A stretch of 64,000 nucleotides of DNA from Ginglymostoma cirratum (lineage: Eukaryota), in assembly GCA_024137785.1 (NCBI GenBank), contig JAHRHZ010000267.1:21121625-21185624 (forward strand). The letters run 5' to 3'. Positions 47,535 through 60,765 of this stretch are shown here, piece after piece. The notes beneath the pieces are model-generated. The model was not told the DNA's origin and searched no databases. It saw only the letters and a list, made by a program, of their open reading frames with translations. The number at the start of each line of letters is the position of its first letter. Position 1 is the stretch's first letter. Both the position numbers and the translations under genes were made by a program.

Positions 47535-50500
47535 GGAGGTAAAATGTGTTCACCCCGAAGATGGTGGGTATCTCAAACATGTTGCCCTAAAAAATGACAG
47601 GAGAGTTGGGAGCCCTCAAGATATTTAAGAACTATTTAAATGAGGTCTTGAAATGCCAAACAAAAGGATACAAGGGTTCAGGCTAAGTGCTGGGAAATTG
47701 TGCTAGAATACATAGATGCTCAAATGACAAACATGGCTGGAAATCTAAAACGTTTCTACGGTTTTTATGGATTGAACTTTACTTTTTTATACACTAGAAG
47801 TATGTTTGAGCGAGAGCTGTATTAAACTAAAAAAGTTTTTCTTTTCAAATCTACATGGTTCCTGACATCTGCCCACAAATGGATATTAGATGAATAACTT
47901 AATAAGGTGCCATGGAGCGTGGGTAGGGCGGGTTGGTGTGAAAGGAGATACAAGGGGAAATGGGCATGTGTGAGAGGGTTGAGGTTAGAGGGTCTAACTG
48001 CTTCTAAAACAAAAGTCCAGAAAGAGAATTGAGGCAGGCCTTATAGCCAACTGACATCAACACTCTCCTGCCCGAGGTGTTGCCTTGGATTTAACACGCA
48101 ACTACCTCCCTGCGAGTGAAACTCCAGTGCAATGGAGCTCTTCAAACGAAAGCCATGGGTCAGCCAAGTCAGAAAATTTCCTGACTCGAGCCATGCACTT
48201 CAGTCACAAATATCTGATCCTTAGTGGCACTCACAAAAGAGAAAGAAAAAGAGGAGACTTTGAGAATCAGCACCAATGGTTTCACTTCAACCACCCAAAA
48301 GTATTGCAATAGCTACAGCACTGTATCACATGACAAGAAAAGAAAGAAGGTGATTTGGTCCATCTTAATTTATTTACTACTCTATAGAAAAATCTTCACA
48401 GTTCCCCCTATTAACGTTTCTTAAAGACCCTGATGGATTTTGCATTCTCTTTTTACCTTTAAAGAAATTTGTCTGTTACTGGTTTGAATCTGCGACTGCT
48501 GGTTTGTCCATTGCAATTTAAGTTAAAATTGTTTAACATTTATATTTTTGCTTTGTTAATAATATTTTATACCCTATCTTTTAAATAACCCAAGTTTCAG
48601 CAGTCCTTCTTCATCACTTACAACTTAAAATGATTTATCAGCCTAACTCATTTCGATATTCAGTATAAACAAGGGTACTTCCCTTTGGCAAGGTATACAG
48701 AAACAAGTCTACACTGAAATTCTCATTGGCTCCAAAAACAATGAACCTAGTCAACCATGTCAGCATCGAGAAATTTATATTTTGTTTAATTCACACTTGC
48801 ATGATAAGGTCATACTGTATATTGGGAGATGATAGCCTGTGAAGTAGTATTCAGCTTGGAAATGGAATGGAGCAGACCTCACATGAAAAAAAATGGAACT
48901 TATATCAAAAACTGCTTTGAGTAACAAAGCAGAGAGATGAAATATGAATCAGTAATAAAAAGGAGGTGGAATTCCCTCTCTCAAAGTCTAAGTCATTATC
49001 CAGTGAAAAAATTACCAATGACAACCATTTACCAAGGGCATGAGGATATTTGGAAACTTCGCCACTGCTGCAAAATATGACGCAACAAATTTAAAAAACG
49101 ACTGGCTTCAGATTTAAAAAATGAACACCTATGAATGTTAAATTGAAATTGCACAAAGCTTCCTATCTACGTTAGAACCCTGCCCACCTTCTTTCTATAC
49201 TTTAAACTGTGTTTGCGCATGGATTCTTTGTAATTCTTGGAGGTTAGTGTGTAAAAGGATTCCTCTTTCTGATACTCAAGAAAACCTAGCAATTGGCACC
49301 TCCATTTGATCTAGACAGCTACATTTTAATAGGAGAATGATAGTCACATTCTAAAAATGAAATAAAATTATTTGTTGCTACCAATGAGAGGGAGCCAAAC
49401 AGAGAATGTCATTTCCAGCTTTTCACTTGATTGCAGAGACTCCAAAAAGAAATGAAAGAAAACAGTATCACTTAGAAGGAATATATGAGAAGAACTAGAA
49501 TAAAGATTTAAGTAGATAGTGTCGCACTGATACAAGCTGATCAGGTGTTCTATGTTGGAGAAATGATAACATTACCCTTCTAGCATCACATCTGCCATCT
49601 AAAGATAATGCGAAATTTTTTTTTTGGAGTGTTAGGTCTGCACAGGATTGAGACAGCATAAAATGGCCAAGGAAGACTGAGATGAAACAATAGTTTCCAT
49701 TGTCTGATGTTTGAAGTTAAACTACAAACTAGAGCAATGGCAGCCTTCATAGGAGTATATCCAAGGTATCAATATTAAAAAGTTAGTACACAAAGGATCT
49801 TTCATATTCATACAGAAAAAGAGTCCTGTTGAATAAGAAGCGAAAAAAAATCCAACTGCTGCTTGTCTAGAGACAGCTTGATATGGAATATCCTTGAGAA
49901 ATGCTGATAGAAGCTCCCATAACAGGCTGGTCCAAACTCTGATATTGATCATGGGATAGAAGGGAAGGTCTGACCCCATCAGTTAAGACATCCAAGTATG
50001 AAGTATGATATATCAAAAAAAGAGTTTTGAGTTTACAGGCATTGAGCGATTTAACTGCAATCCCATGGGCTTTCAGTCCAAGGCAGATAGAAAGTCCCCT
50101 TGCTATTAGCAAAGGAGAACTGAATAACTGCACAGAAGCTAAAGCCTAGAATGTAGCTGAATGTGATGTATTGTGATGGCCCAAGGATGAGACATAAAAG
50201 TGAGACTAGTAAACGTCATGAGACACCTAAAACTGTCCATTGACTGATCACGTAGTCAAATGATTAATCTGAATGAGTGTGTATTTAATTGATGCCTAAC
50301 AACCAAAGGCAGGCTAAAAATAAATGGATTGAAAGTATGTGTTTCCCCCTTGTCAGTGGGCAGTTGTTGAACTGCCAGAGGCTTTTCCACCCACATTGGC
50401 ACAAAACACACTAAAACCTTTGGACACACGAAATGGATTTGGGCGTTGAATGATTCATTTAGTCGTACCTCCCCGATATGGAGGATGTAAACCCAGGATA

Positions 50501-51373
50501 ACAAGGAAAAACTTGGCATTGCATCCACTTTGAATGAATCAGCAACTTGGACAATAAGTGAAGATCTGTGGAAGAAAATAGAAGTCTTTGAAATGTGAAT
50601 GTCAAGACATATGGTAAAAATCCCATGTGGAGGTCATAAGACAGGGGGACATAAGTTTTAACAGGTTGAACATCTTTCCATTCTGATTTCGTTTGAGGTA
50701 TTTTCTGACAAACTTGAAATACCTTGAAAAATTTTGAATCTGTCATACTGATATTACAATTTTGATTCATGATCTGTTAGCTATATGTTAATAGGTGGCA
50801 TTTACTGGCCTTGGTACTTTTTGAATTTACTTTTTCTTAATGCTTTATCTGAATTTACATTGAGAAGCTTAGTGAGGGTGTGACAGAGTATAGGGTTGCA
50901 TTTCCCGGGGAAATAATTGCAAAAAAGAGATTGTGTCAGCTGAGCAACGAAGTCTGAGAAAGAGTGAATTAAAGCTTTTTTTTTACCACTCAAATGTTCA
51001 GCAAGGTCATTTCAGGAACTAACCTTATTTGACAGATTGGGTTTGAAAGTAATATCAAAAAGCTAAAAAGGAAACTCTTCCTGGCTGTCAACAAGTTTTG
51101 AGTTAGATTCAGTATAATTAAAATGTCGTGTTCAACAGACAATTTATCTTGGTTTTTGGAAAGGAGAAAATCAAGAACTCTGAGATTACGTAACCACACT
51201 TCAAAGGCCCAATGCCCCAGTTACACAGTGTCTACTGCAACCTCACTAGCAAATGACTTACATGTTTCAATGAAGAATGCCAATCAATTTTGCAATTTGA
51301 ACCTGCTGACATGATGACACCCTACTCCATCCCAACAGAATTCATAGAGTCTTTTGGATCTGAACCTTATTCT

Positions 51374-52715
51374 ATAGAGTCAGAGTCCGAGTCATAGAGT
51401 TGTACAGCACGGAAAACAGACCCTTTGGTTCAACTCGTCCATGCCAACCAAATATCCGAAATTAATCTAGACCCATTTGCCAGAATTTGGCCCATATACC
51501 TTCAAACTTTCCTATTCATATACCCATCCAGATGCCTTTTAAATGTTGTAATTGTACCAGTCTCCACCACTTCCTCTGGCAGCTTGTTGCATACACGGAC
51601 CACCCTCTGCATGAAAAAGTTGCCTTTTAGGTCCCTTTTTTCCTTTCTCACCTTAAACCTACGCCCTGTAGTTTTGGACTCCCTCACCCCAAGGAAAAGA
51701 CGTTGTCTATCTACCCTATCCATGTTCTTCATCATTTTATAAAGCTCTATAAGGTCATCCCTTAGTCTCCAGCACTCCAGGGAAAATAGCCCTAGCCTAT
51801 TCAGCTTCTTTCTATAGCTCAAACCCTCCAACCCTGGCAACATTCTTGTAAATTTTTGCTGAGCCCTTTCAAGTTTCACAGCATCCTTCTTACAGCAGGG
51901 AGAGCAGAATTGTACGCAGTATTCCAATAGTGGCCTACCTAATGTCCTGTATAGCCGCAACATAATCTCCCAACTCCTATCTTCAATGTACTGACCAATA
52001 ATAAGGACAAGTATACAAAATGCCTTCTTCACTATCCTGTCTACCCAAGACCCCCCTTTTCAAACAACTATGAACTTTCACTCCAAGGCCTCTTCATTCA
52101 GCAACACTCCCCAGGACCTTACCATTTACTGAAAAAGTCCTGCCCTGATTTGCCTTTGCAAAATGCAACATCTCATATTTATCTAAATTAAACTCCATCT
52201 GCCACTCAGCCCATCTGATCCAGATCCTATTGTACTCTGAGATAATCTTCTTCGTTGTCCACTACGTCTCCAGTTTTGGCATCACTCGCACAATTACTAA
52301 CCATACCTCCTATATTCATTACAGGAATGATGAAAAGCCATGGACCCTGCACGAATCCTCGTTGCACACCACTGGTCACAGGCGTCCAGTCTGAAAAGCA
52401 ACCCTCCATCACCACCACTACCTCTGTCTTCTACCTTTGAGCCAATTCTGTATCCAGCTGGCTGGTTCTCCCTGTATTCCATGAGATACCTTGTTGAACG
52501 CCTTACCGTAGTCCATATAGATCCTGTCTACCGCTCTGTCCTCATCAATTCTCTTTGTCACTTCAAAAAAATTCAATTAAGTTAGTGAGACACGATTCCC
52601 CATGCACAAAACCATGTTGACTATCCCTAATCAGTCTTGCCCTTCCAAATATGTAAATCCTGAGGGACCTCAGGATTCCCTCCAACAACTTGCCCAGCAC
52701 TGATGTCAGGCTCAT
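51374..52715 (-). mobile_element. HER1/CR1 LINE 3' ~1.3 kb; best-preserved ORF2 piece (51502-52032)
   Basis: IMLRLYRTLGRPLLEYCVQFCSP...GLEGLSYRKKLNRLGLFSLECWRLRDDLIELYKMM...TFKRHLDGYM; GCFSDWTPVTSGVQRG; (GACTCTAT)-like tail repeats. Confidence 0.95.
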
Positions 52716-53044
52716 GTATCTATCTCGGCTAAGTATCAACCTTGTTGAGTTTCAGGGAGACTTCTCCCCTGCAATGCTTAGCAAGTTTTTCAAGCAGGTT
52801 CATCCAAAACCTGCTACAGTAACTCTCCATCCCGTTCACATAGGGTGCATCTCATTTGATGCTAGCCCGATTCTAATATTCGCTGCAACCAAAAGAACTC
52901 ACCACTGGCCGGTATCCAGGAATAGGCTGACATCCCTGGTGCTGGCATCTTCTTTAAAAGGCCATTGCGCAGCCAAATAAGCACTGGCATTCCAGAGCTG
53001 CCCTGCTTAGCTGCACAGTGCATAGTGGGCTTGATGGCACTCAA

Positions 53045-53250
53045 GGAGAAATTAGCACACCACTTTGTGATGAGACCTTGAGGTTCTGGTGGATAAAGTG
53101 ATGCAGAAGAGGGATGTTGTCTATCCCTCGGATTTCTAAAGGAGAACAGGCCACCAGACCCTGCCACTCTGATCTGAGGTTGCTACCTAGGTCTGCAATG
53201 TTCAGAGGATCACCCAGTAATGCAGGAAGGAGGTCAATAAACCCCTCTGC
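53045..53250 (+). mobile_element. Decayed Myb/SANT-like ORF (PIF/Harbinger-type)
   Basis: From 53074: DLEVLVDKVMQKRDVVYPSDF*RRTGHQTLPL*SEVAT*VCNVQRITQ*CRKEVNKPL; homologous to 8720-8935. Confidence 0.7.
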
Positions 53251-53433
53251 TTTGCCATGGCAACTGATGCACTTCACTGCCCTTGGGCCATACCCTACTT
53301 GTGTACCAGGTTTTCTTAAAATTCTTCCATTAGTTTAAAAAGGTCTACGTGAACGTTTCAGTCCATGTTTGTCTGTAAACTCAATCCACCTTCAGGAATA
53401 TTTCACAATTGCATTAATGTCTTCCAGTGATAT

Positions 53434-53560
53434 TTTCTGAAGAAAGGTCCTGATCTGAAACATCAACTTTCCTGCTCCCCTGATGCTGCCTGGCCTGCTG
53501 CGCTCCTCCAGCTCTACACTGTTATCTCTGACTCCAGCATCTGCAGTTCTTACTATCTCT
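53434..53560 (+). mobile_element. Older Penelope-like pLTR fragment with decayed hammerhead (53434-53467)
   Basis: TTT-CTGAAGA-A-AGGTC-ct-GATCT-GAAACATC-AAC followed by TTTCCTGCTCC..GATGCTGCCTGGCCTGCTG...CTCCAGCATCTGCAG. Confidence 0.8.
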
Positions 53561-56500
53561 CTTGGCAGTAAATCTGTTGCTTTTATTACTCATGTTCACC
53601 TTCAACAAGGAAGCACAGAGAGTCAACAAGAGTAGCATTTCCAGAGGGATCTCTCTGGTTGGCAATAAGCAAGTACAAAGCTGATCATTATTTTTATTCT
53701 TAAAGAGCTGGCATTCTTAGTGAGGAGCCTCAGGCTGACATACATCCAAAAAAACTACTTTGAAAACTCTGCTCACATGTTGCAACTGTGACAAATCCTG
53801 TCACAGCAATTGAGATATTCCATAATACTGGACACCAACCTAAATAAAACCATCTAAAACAAGCTTTTCAGAAGTCAGTTAACTCTATTTTTCAATGTTA
53901 ATCAGACCTTTAAAAAAATCCATGATTCAGATCTGCGTTTTTACCAAAAACTACTCACTTCCTCCTTGGGTTTCGCTCTATGTCTACAGCATGTTTTGTT
54001 GAAACCTGTGTATTAACTTTTGAGATGTATGGTTTGTCAACCTATAGAACCACAGGGGCAAAAGTAGGACTCCTTCCCACATTCAGTGTTAGAGGCAATA
54101 ATTTTGAGACTGAACCATGCTCTGAGTTTCAATTGGCTGTTTGCCATGCTATGAACATATAGCATGTTGTCACCAATATCCATTATCCACTGATACAAGT
54201 AACATGGAACTCCAACATCCGATGTAATCATGTGTTATGTTTTGTTTCAGAAAACATGACAATTCTCATAATACTTATTCAGCTTAGTTGTGATCTGTGC
54301 TGAACTGCTGTACTCACCAGTATCTTTTCAGACTAGGGTCATATGGTTAATTCACGTTAACTTCAATGTTGCTCCCAATCAGCTGCAGATCTGTGTACGA
54401 TTATACTTTAGGAAGTATTATTGATCACCATGATTATGTTTGTATGTTTAGTTAGATATAAAAACTAAAAAGATAACATTGTAAAGAACCACTGTTCCTC
54501 TATTAAAAACCTAGAATATTCACAAATCCTTGCATTTCAGTTGATAGTCTTAGTGGCATGTAATAAATGTTTGCAATGATTAAAAGTCTGGTACAAAATT
54601 AATTTCTAATGATAGCCTTTCATACTTCTGTACATGCAAGTAGATAGAACTACCTATTATAAGCAGAAGTTAAAAATATTTGCTAAGACTGAATCGAATG
54701 GAGGGGATTTTAAAGCTCACTGCCCGTCAGAGGCTGGGCGATTAAATTCTTTGACATTATCACTCTCAAACTGTTTCAGATTGACCTGATGCTAAGTTTA
54801 TGCAGGTTTCTGATTAAGTGGCTTCACTATGATACTAAGCCTGAGCTTGCACTTGGAAGCTGAAACAGTTCTTTCCTTAAACACACAAGCTAGTGTCCAA
54901 ATACGTCATTGATCCCAAACTGCGATTTCACCTTTGATCTGCATACCAGGCCAAATTGAATGAGCTTGTACCAGGAGGATGAGGATGGAGGAGGGCGAGG
55001 GTGAGGGCAAACTTTTCTGGAAACTCGTAGACAGTTTCCACCAGTCATTGCAGACTGCACTAATGAAATGCAAAGGTGGTCCGGGATTGAAAATAACTCA
55101 GATTTCTACAGCAGTGGCTAGTTCCCGGTATGACAATTATTCTGATTAGGTTTATTTGTCTTTAAGATTTGTGTTTTCAGCAATTCTTTTGAAAAAAGAG
55201 AAAAGGTAATTTTTTTTTCATGGTGTCCCATTTGGCCCAAAACGACTCTACAGCTCCTAACCTATCCTACACCAAGTCCATACATCCCACATCCCAGTCT
55301 TCTCCAATATCCAGCCGCTCACATTATCAGTACGTGTACGGTTAAGTCATTATTTTGGCTTCTAAAATGCTGTTCCCCAGCTCTGCAATTACATTTTGGA
55401 TTCAGAAGAATAAAGAGATCAAAAATTGCTTGCAAACTTAGAATCTGAATGTGGGAGAAAGCAAAGAATTCCCAGCATATGGATGCACAAGTGACTCCAG
55501 TTAATGATGCAGAGAAGTAAATTGCTTCTGGAAGAAAAAGCCAAGTTCTATGGTTTATTATTAGAGGTACAGAATGCAAAAGTAGAGAAGTTACACTTGT
55601 ATTAAATCCAACTTAATCCTCATGAAGTATTCTCCACATGTTAATTGCTACATGACTGAGCTTAACTGACTTGGTCTTCCGACAATTACAGAGAACTTTG
55701 GAAAAAAAAAGTCAGTGCTTCTTGAGGATTTTTTTCCTCAAGCTGCAAAATTGAGTGGCAACTACATACTTCTCCTCTTTTCCTTTCTGAAAAAAACAAT
55801 AGAAACTCTTGCTATTCATTTTTTGGTATTCCTTTTGTCTTCTCATACTCTAATTTCATCCTTCTGAATAATAACTCTGTACCATTCTTTATATTCTGAC
55901 CAAACATCTGGCCTATCACTTGTGTTTTGCAGTTGTATATTTTCTCGCTTAAGTTTGATGCTTTCCCTAACCTCTTCTGACAGGAGCCCCCGTTAGTATA
56001 TATTCATTCTGCAATATCCCCTTGAATGCTTGCTACTGCACCACTGTTGATCCATTTCCAAGACTAATATGTCAGGTCACTTCAGGTAGCTCAGTTTTTA
56101 TATGCACATAGTTGTGCTTATTCAGGTTTAAAAACTAGTCTTAGGCCCTTCCCTCTTGAAACTGGATGTAAAATTCAATTATAGTCACTGATTCCTTAAA
56201 TGAAGTAATTAATTAACCTTGCTCACAATGCCAATTCGAAGTAACTGGAAAACAGAAGTTATTCACTCCATTTCTAAATTCTCTTTTATACTATAATCCT
56301 TGGTACATGGTTCTGCCTTCTGTCTTTTTTGAAATTGGTTTGTCCACTTGTGCTTAGAGCAAAGCCATCACAGCAATTCACTGCTTAGTGATATTGGACC
56401 ATGGCATTTAAACTAGCCTGCACTAGCTTTACTGTGTGACAAGACAAAATCAAAAACATTTAGTTTGAATGCTGACATATTTGAGAAATGCACCTTGCAT

Positions 56501-57095
56501 ATTATCTTGTCCTTAACACTGACCACATAAAATTAAAAAAACTGTCATTCCATAATTATTTGTCATGTGCGTAAAAGATGTCTGCAGTTGTAATCCAATC
56601 CAATTTGGCTTTGAGGAATGCAGTCATAAGTGCAGGTGAAATGTTTTGCTGCCAGAATTATTTGAATAATTTGGTTAATTATGATCTAATCACTCAAAGC
56701 TGAAGGTCATACTTATTGCACCTGAGTTCCTTTTCATATTTACATCTCCTCTTGTTCACTGTTCTGCAGAGATGATTTTCAGTTATTTTCTACCTGTGAC
56801 TGGAAGGTTTCTTGCTTTTTTTTTATGCAAGCTGTTAAAACCCTATTAGCTATAAATCTATCCGCCTTTCTCATGTTACAAGTGAATCCATCTGGATACT
56901 TCTACTGCTGATTGACTAATTGATGCTTCAGGTACAAGTTGAAATGAAAACTAACAGCCCAAATGAGTGATAGATTCCAAAGTGAGACTAAACACATTTA
57001 AGCTTAACTAACTTGAGATCAAACACACACAAACCCAACCACCCCACACCAGCTCTGACACACCACATTGGCCAACAATCAAGTTTACAACAACT

Positions 57096-58045
57096 GTGAT
57101 AGTACACAGTGTTATTGTGCCCTCTGGACTTTTTGAAACTAAAATGGAACGGTACATTTTAAATGAACATATTGTTACAACGACAGGTCAGAAGCTTGAC
57201 ATATGTTATATGCCAAATGTGCACACACATGCAAAATGTACACACGTACACACGCACACACACACCTTTGTGGGACCCATGGAATGCCATACTTATAGGT
57301 TCGCAAGAAACTTCAGAGCGGACAGAGTGCAAGAGAGCATGCACAAAATAACAAAAAGAGACAACCTAAGAGCTAACCATCTTTCCCCTTTCCACAGTAA
57401 ACCACCTCTTACAGACATTTGTGTTTTGCCCTTTCAGGAGCCTTAGTCCGTGTGTGGTAGCCTAGTGCAAGCACTTATGTGCTTTGAAGGTCACAGTTGA
57501 AGAACCACCCAAGACATCCCAGTGTTGCAGGTAAAAGGACTTATCTCTCTGCTTGCTAAATATCAAGTAGCCGCAAGCCAGTCCACAGAAACAGAACAAA
57601 GAGCACTTTCTCATTGATCACTGCCAACCAACCACCCAAAAGGAAATCCAATAAAAAGATTTCTATTAACCTGCAAACCAAGAATCCTAAAATCAACTCT
57701 TCAACTATCAACATTCCACCATTTGTATTTCATCAACCACCCCAAAAGGCTAATCTGTATAATCTATTAATTTTTGTCTTTCTTTGGATTTGCTTTTTAT
57801 TTCTAATCTGTGTCTATTTATGTTGCATTACTAATTTATTTTATGCATTAAGTAATAAACTCACTGTTTTGCTAACCCAAGAAAGCCTGTTTAAATTGAC
57901 TCCTTTAAAATGTAATTTTATTTGATCTAGAGGAGAGTCACACAAGGGGGGTATCATTTGGAAAATTGACATTGAAATGATGAACTAAAGCAGGCAGGTG
58001 AATAAAAGATGACTGGGTAACACATCTGGGGTTTGGTTGTAATAA
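57096..58045 (+). mobile_element. Possible solo LTR remnant
   Basis: Begins TGTGAT, has AATAAA at ~57854 after a T-rich tract, ends near GTAACA/GTAATA; no convincing TSD. Confidence 0.25.
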
Positions 58046-59169
58046 TGTACTCTCAACCTCCATCCACTTCAAAAATTGAAGAACTACCTGCTAAGTGCGG
58101 AACTCTTGATAAGCATCAAAATACACACAAGGAGGACTCAGTGCTGCTCAGCTATGGCTGGTTGGAAGGGAAAGGCAGTCTGGCCATTTCCACTTAGTAC
58201 ATAATAAATTCACAGCAAAGAGGTCTTTTTTACTTCATGTTATACATCCTCTCATGCAAGTCCAAAGTTATTTTCAGAAAATAAAATTAATTGGATTATT
58301 TTTGCAAATACTGTACATATATCTGACATTACATCCTGAATTATTCCATGCATGTGCAGAGGAGTACGTTTTCAGGATTATGGTAGTTTGGATTAAACAG
58401 TGCTGAACCCACTAATTACTTTAACTGTATGAACTCTTCACCTACAATAAACCAGAAGAAGTCACAAACTTTTTTATAAATTTTGGGAGTTAAGATTATA
58501 ACTTTGTCAGTGATGTCTCTAGACTACATCAAATTATTCAGCTATTCAGAGAAGAGTGATGCATTGAATGAAAAACGCAAGAATGCATGACAGCGTTTTG
58601 TTACTTAATGAATTGTATCTGAGAAAGGCAATGAGCTGCAATGAAAATAATATGATCTTGACTTCAAACAGCTCAAAGTAAATGAACTCCATAAAATCTC
58701 ATTGGAATACTGGGTTCTCTTTGTTAATGCTTGGAGATGAGCCGAAGGGCAAAGAGAGCCAAGAATGCAAGAAGTTTAGTATTGACAATATTTATGTCAG
58801 TTACTTTACTAATAAATGTATATTCATTTATTTTGTATTAATGTAATAGTCAAACTATCTAATAGACACTGTGACAGGGACAAAGAATGTGTAAGTGTTG
58901 CCAGATCAGCATTGCTATCGTGACCTTCCACTGAGGAAGGATGAGTGGATCATAATAAGAAAACAGAGACATCCCATTCATATGGTGAGACATCCCATTC
59001 GTACACTCACAATTACTAAATGATAAAAAATCTTTTTATGTTCTCTTTAAAAAATATATAAAATAAGATTTACCACAAAATTTTCAGGCTATTACCAGGC
59101 TATTATGTTGGAAAAAGGGGAAAATACCAGAATTTGATATTAAGGGAGGTGGTTTCTCTATTTGTCTGG

Positions 59170-60765
59170 CTACATACAGAATATCAACATACTTAGGATA
59201 AAAGGGAAACTGTGGCTTACAAAATCATTTGCATGTCACCACTTCAAAAGAATGCTAAGTTGATAAAGGACAACCAATTAAATATATTGTATTTAGATTT
59301 CCAAAAGGCACTTGATAAGGTGAAACGTGGAAAAAGGTTACTGTACAAGATAAAAGGTCATGGTCTTGGGAATAATATTTGAGCATGTAAAGGGAAAGTT
59401 TATTTTCTTTAATCATTCATGGGATGAGGGTGTCGCTGGTGGCAGAATTTATTGCCCAGAGGACAGTTCAGTGTCAATCACATTGCTGTGGGTCTGGAGT
59501 AGAAATTAGGCAAGACCAGGTAAGGATGGCAGTTTCCTTCCCTAAAAGGACATTATTGAACCAGATTTTCTTTTTCTTGACAAATTGTCAATGGATTCAT
59601 GGTCATCAATCGACTCAATTCCAGGATGTTGTTAAAAAGTGAATTCAAATTCCACCATTTGCCGCAACGGGATTCAAACCCAGGTTCCCGAAACATTATC
59701 TAAGTCTCTGGGTGATAATACCACTGGGCCATTGCCTTCCTAAACTAAAAAAGAAATGGTACGTTTGAATGAATAGGTTATTTTTCAAGCTGGCGAACTG
59801 TAACTAGTTGAGTGCTGCAAGCATCCGTGCTGGGCCTCAGAGGTTGACAATTTATATCTGTTACCTGGGTGGAGGGAACAACTATGTTGTAGCCAGATTT
59901 GCTGCTTATACATAGGTAGGTAGAAAACCAAGTTGTGAAGGAGGATGCAAGGAGTCTGCAAAGAAATATGGGTAAGTTAGGTGGGGTGGATAAAAAAGAA
60001 CGCATATGGGTACAATATGGAAAATGTGAACTTATCCACATTGTCAGGAAGAATTAATCAGATCTAAGTATTATTGCACATGAAAGGTTAGCATGCAGGT
60101 TTAACAAGTAATTAGGCAGGACAATGCAAATTTTGCTTTTTAAATATATACAGCAAGGGGGGGAAATTAAGTGTAAAAAGATACCAAAGTTCCACTACAA
60201 ACGTATAGAGCATTGCTGAGACCAAAGCTGTACACAGTACTCAAGTGTGGTCTCACCAATGCCTTTTGTTTGAGGGGATATCCTTGCATTGGAAACACCG
60301 AGAAGGCTCATTTAGCTGATTCCTGGGAAGAAGAGATTGTCTGATGAGGACAGGTTGAGTAAGTTGGGTCTGCACTTGTTAGAATTTCAGAAGAACCAGA
60401 GCTGATCTTCTTGAATCATATCGGGCTCTGCGGCAGCTTGACAGTGTCAGACCTGGTAGGTTATTTCCTTTTAGTGGGAGAATCTAGAACCAGGGGCAGT
60501 GAGTTAAATAAAGGAGTCTCCCACTTAGGACAGGGATGATGAGGAATTTCTTATGAGGGTTATTATTTGAAATACTTTAAGCCAGAGAGCTGTGAAGGCT
60601 GGATCACTGAATATATCCAAAACTAAGTTGAACAGATACAATCGTCAGGGAGTCAAGGGTTACGGGGGACAGGCAGCAAAGCAGTGCTAAAGGTGACAAT
60701 CAAATCAGCTGTAGTATTAGCAAATGAACTGAGGTTAATGGACCGATTGGCATACTCCTGCTCCA
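59170..60765 (+). mobile_element. CR1 LINE fragment interrupted by a SINE
   Basis: GTATTTAGATTTCCAAAAGGCACTTGATAAGGTG (decayed YLDFQKAFDKV), GTAACTAGTTGAGTGCTGCAAG..GTGCTGGGCCTC, tail ATGGACCGATTGGCATACTCCTGCTCC. Confidence 0.85.
59405..59740 (-). mobile_element. tRNA-derived SINE with CR1-type tail
   Basis: Minus strand GGCAATGGCCCAGTGGTATTATC (A box)...CTGGGTTTGAATCCC (B box)...GGGAAGGAAACTGCCATCCTTACCTGGTC...GGGCAATAAA..CCAGCGACACCCTCATCCCATGAATG. Confidence 0.85.

Larger units (their letters stand above)
45700..47765 (+). mobile_element. CR1 LINE RT-to-3' fragment carrying two nested insertions
   Basis: Peptides PENYRPVHLT, LIKNSQHSFVWQRSCLTNL, IDVVCMDFKKVFDQVSNGRL, ISQSSVLGPLL, NFANHTKI, KAANGIFAFVSQSTEYKSKEVMLELY. 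Confidence 0.9.

Noticed and set aside
51502-52032. Longest ORF (176 aa) as a host gene
   Set aside because: It is the CR1/HER1 ORF2 C-terminus; upstream RT parts are frameshifted and it ends in the LINE tail
54318-54390. Minus-strand coding exon with GTGAGT donor
   Set aside because: Stops in all three frames and a weak acceptor
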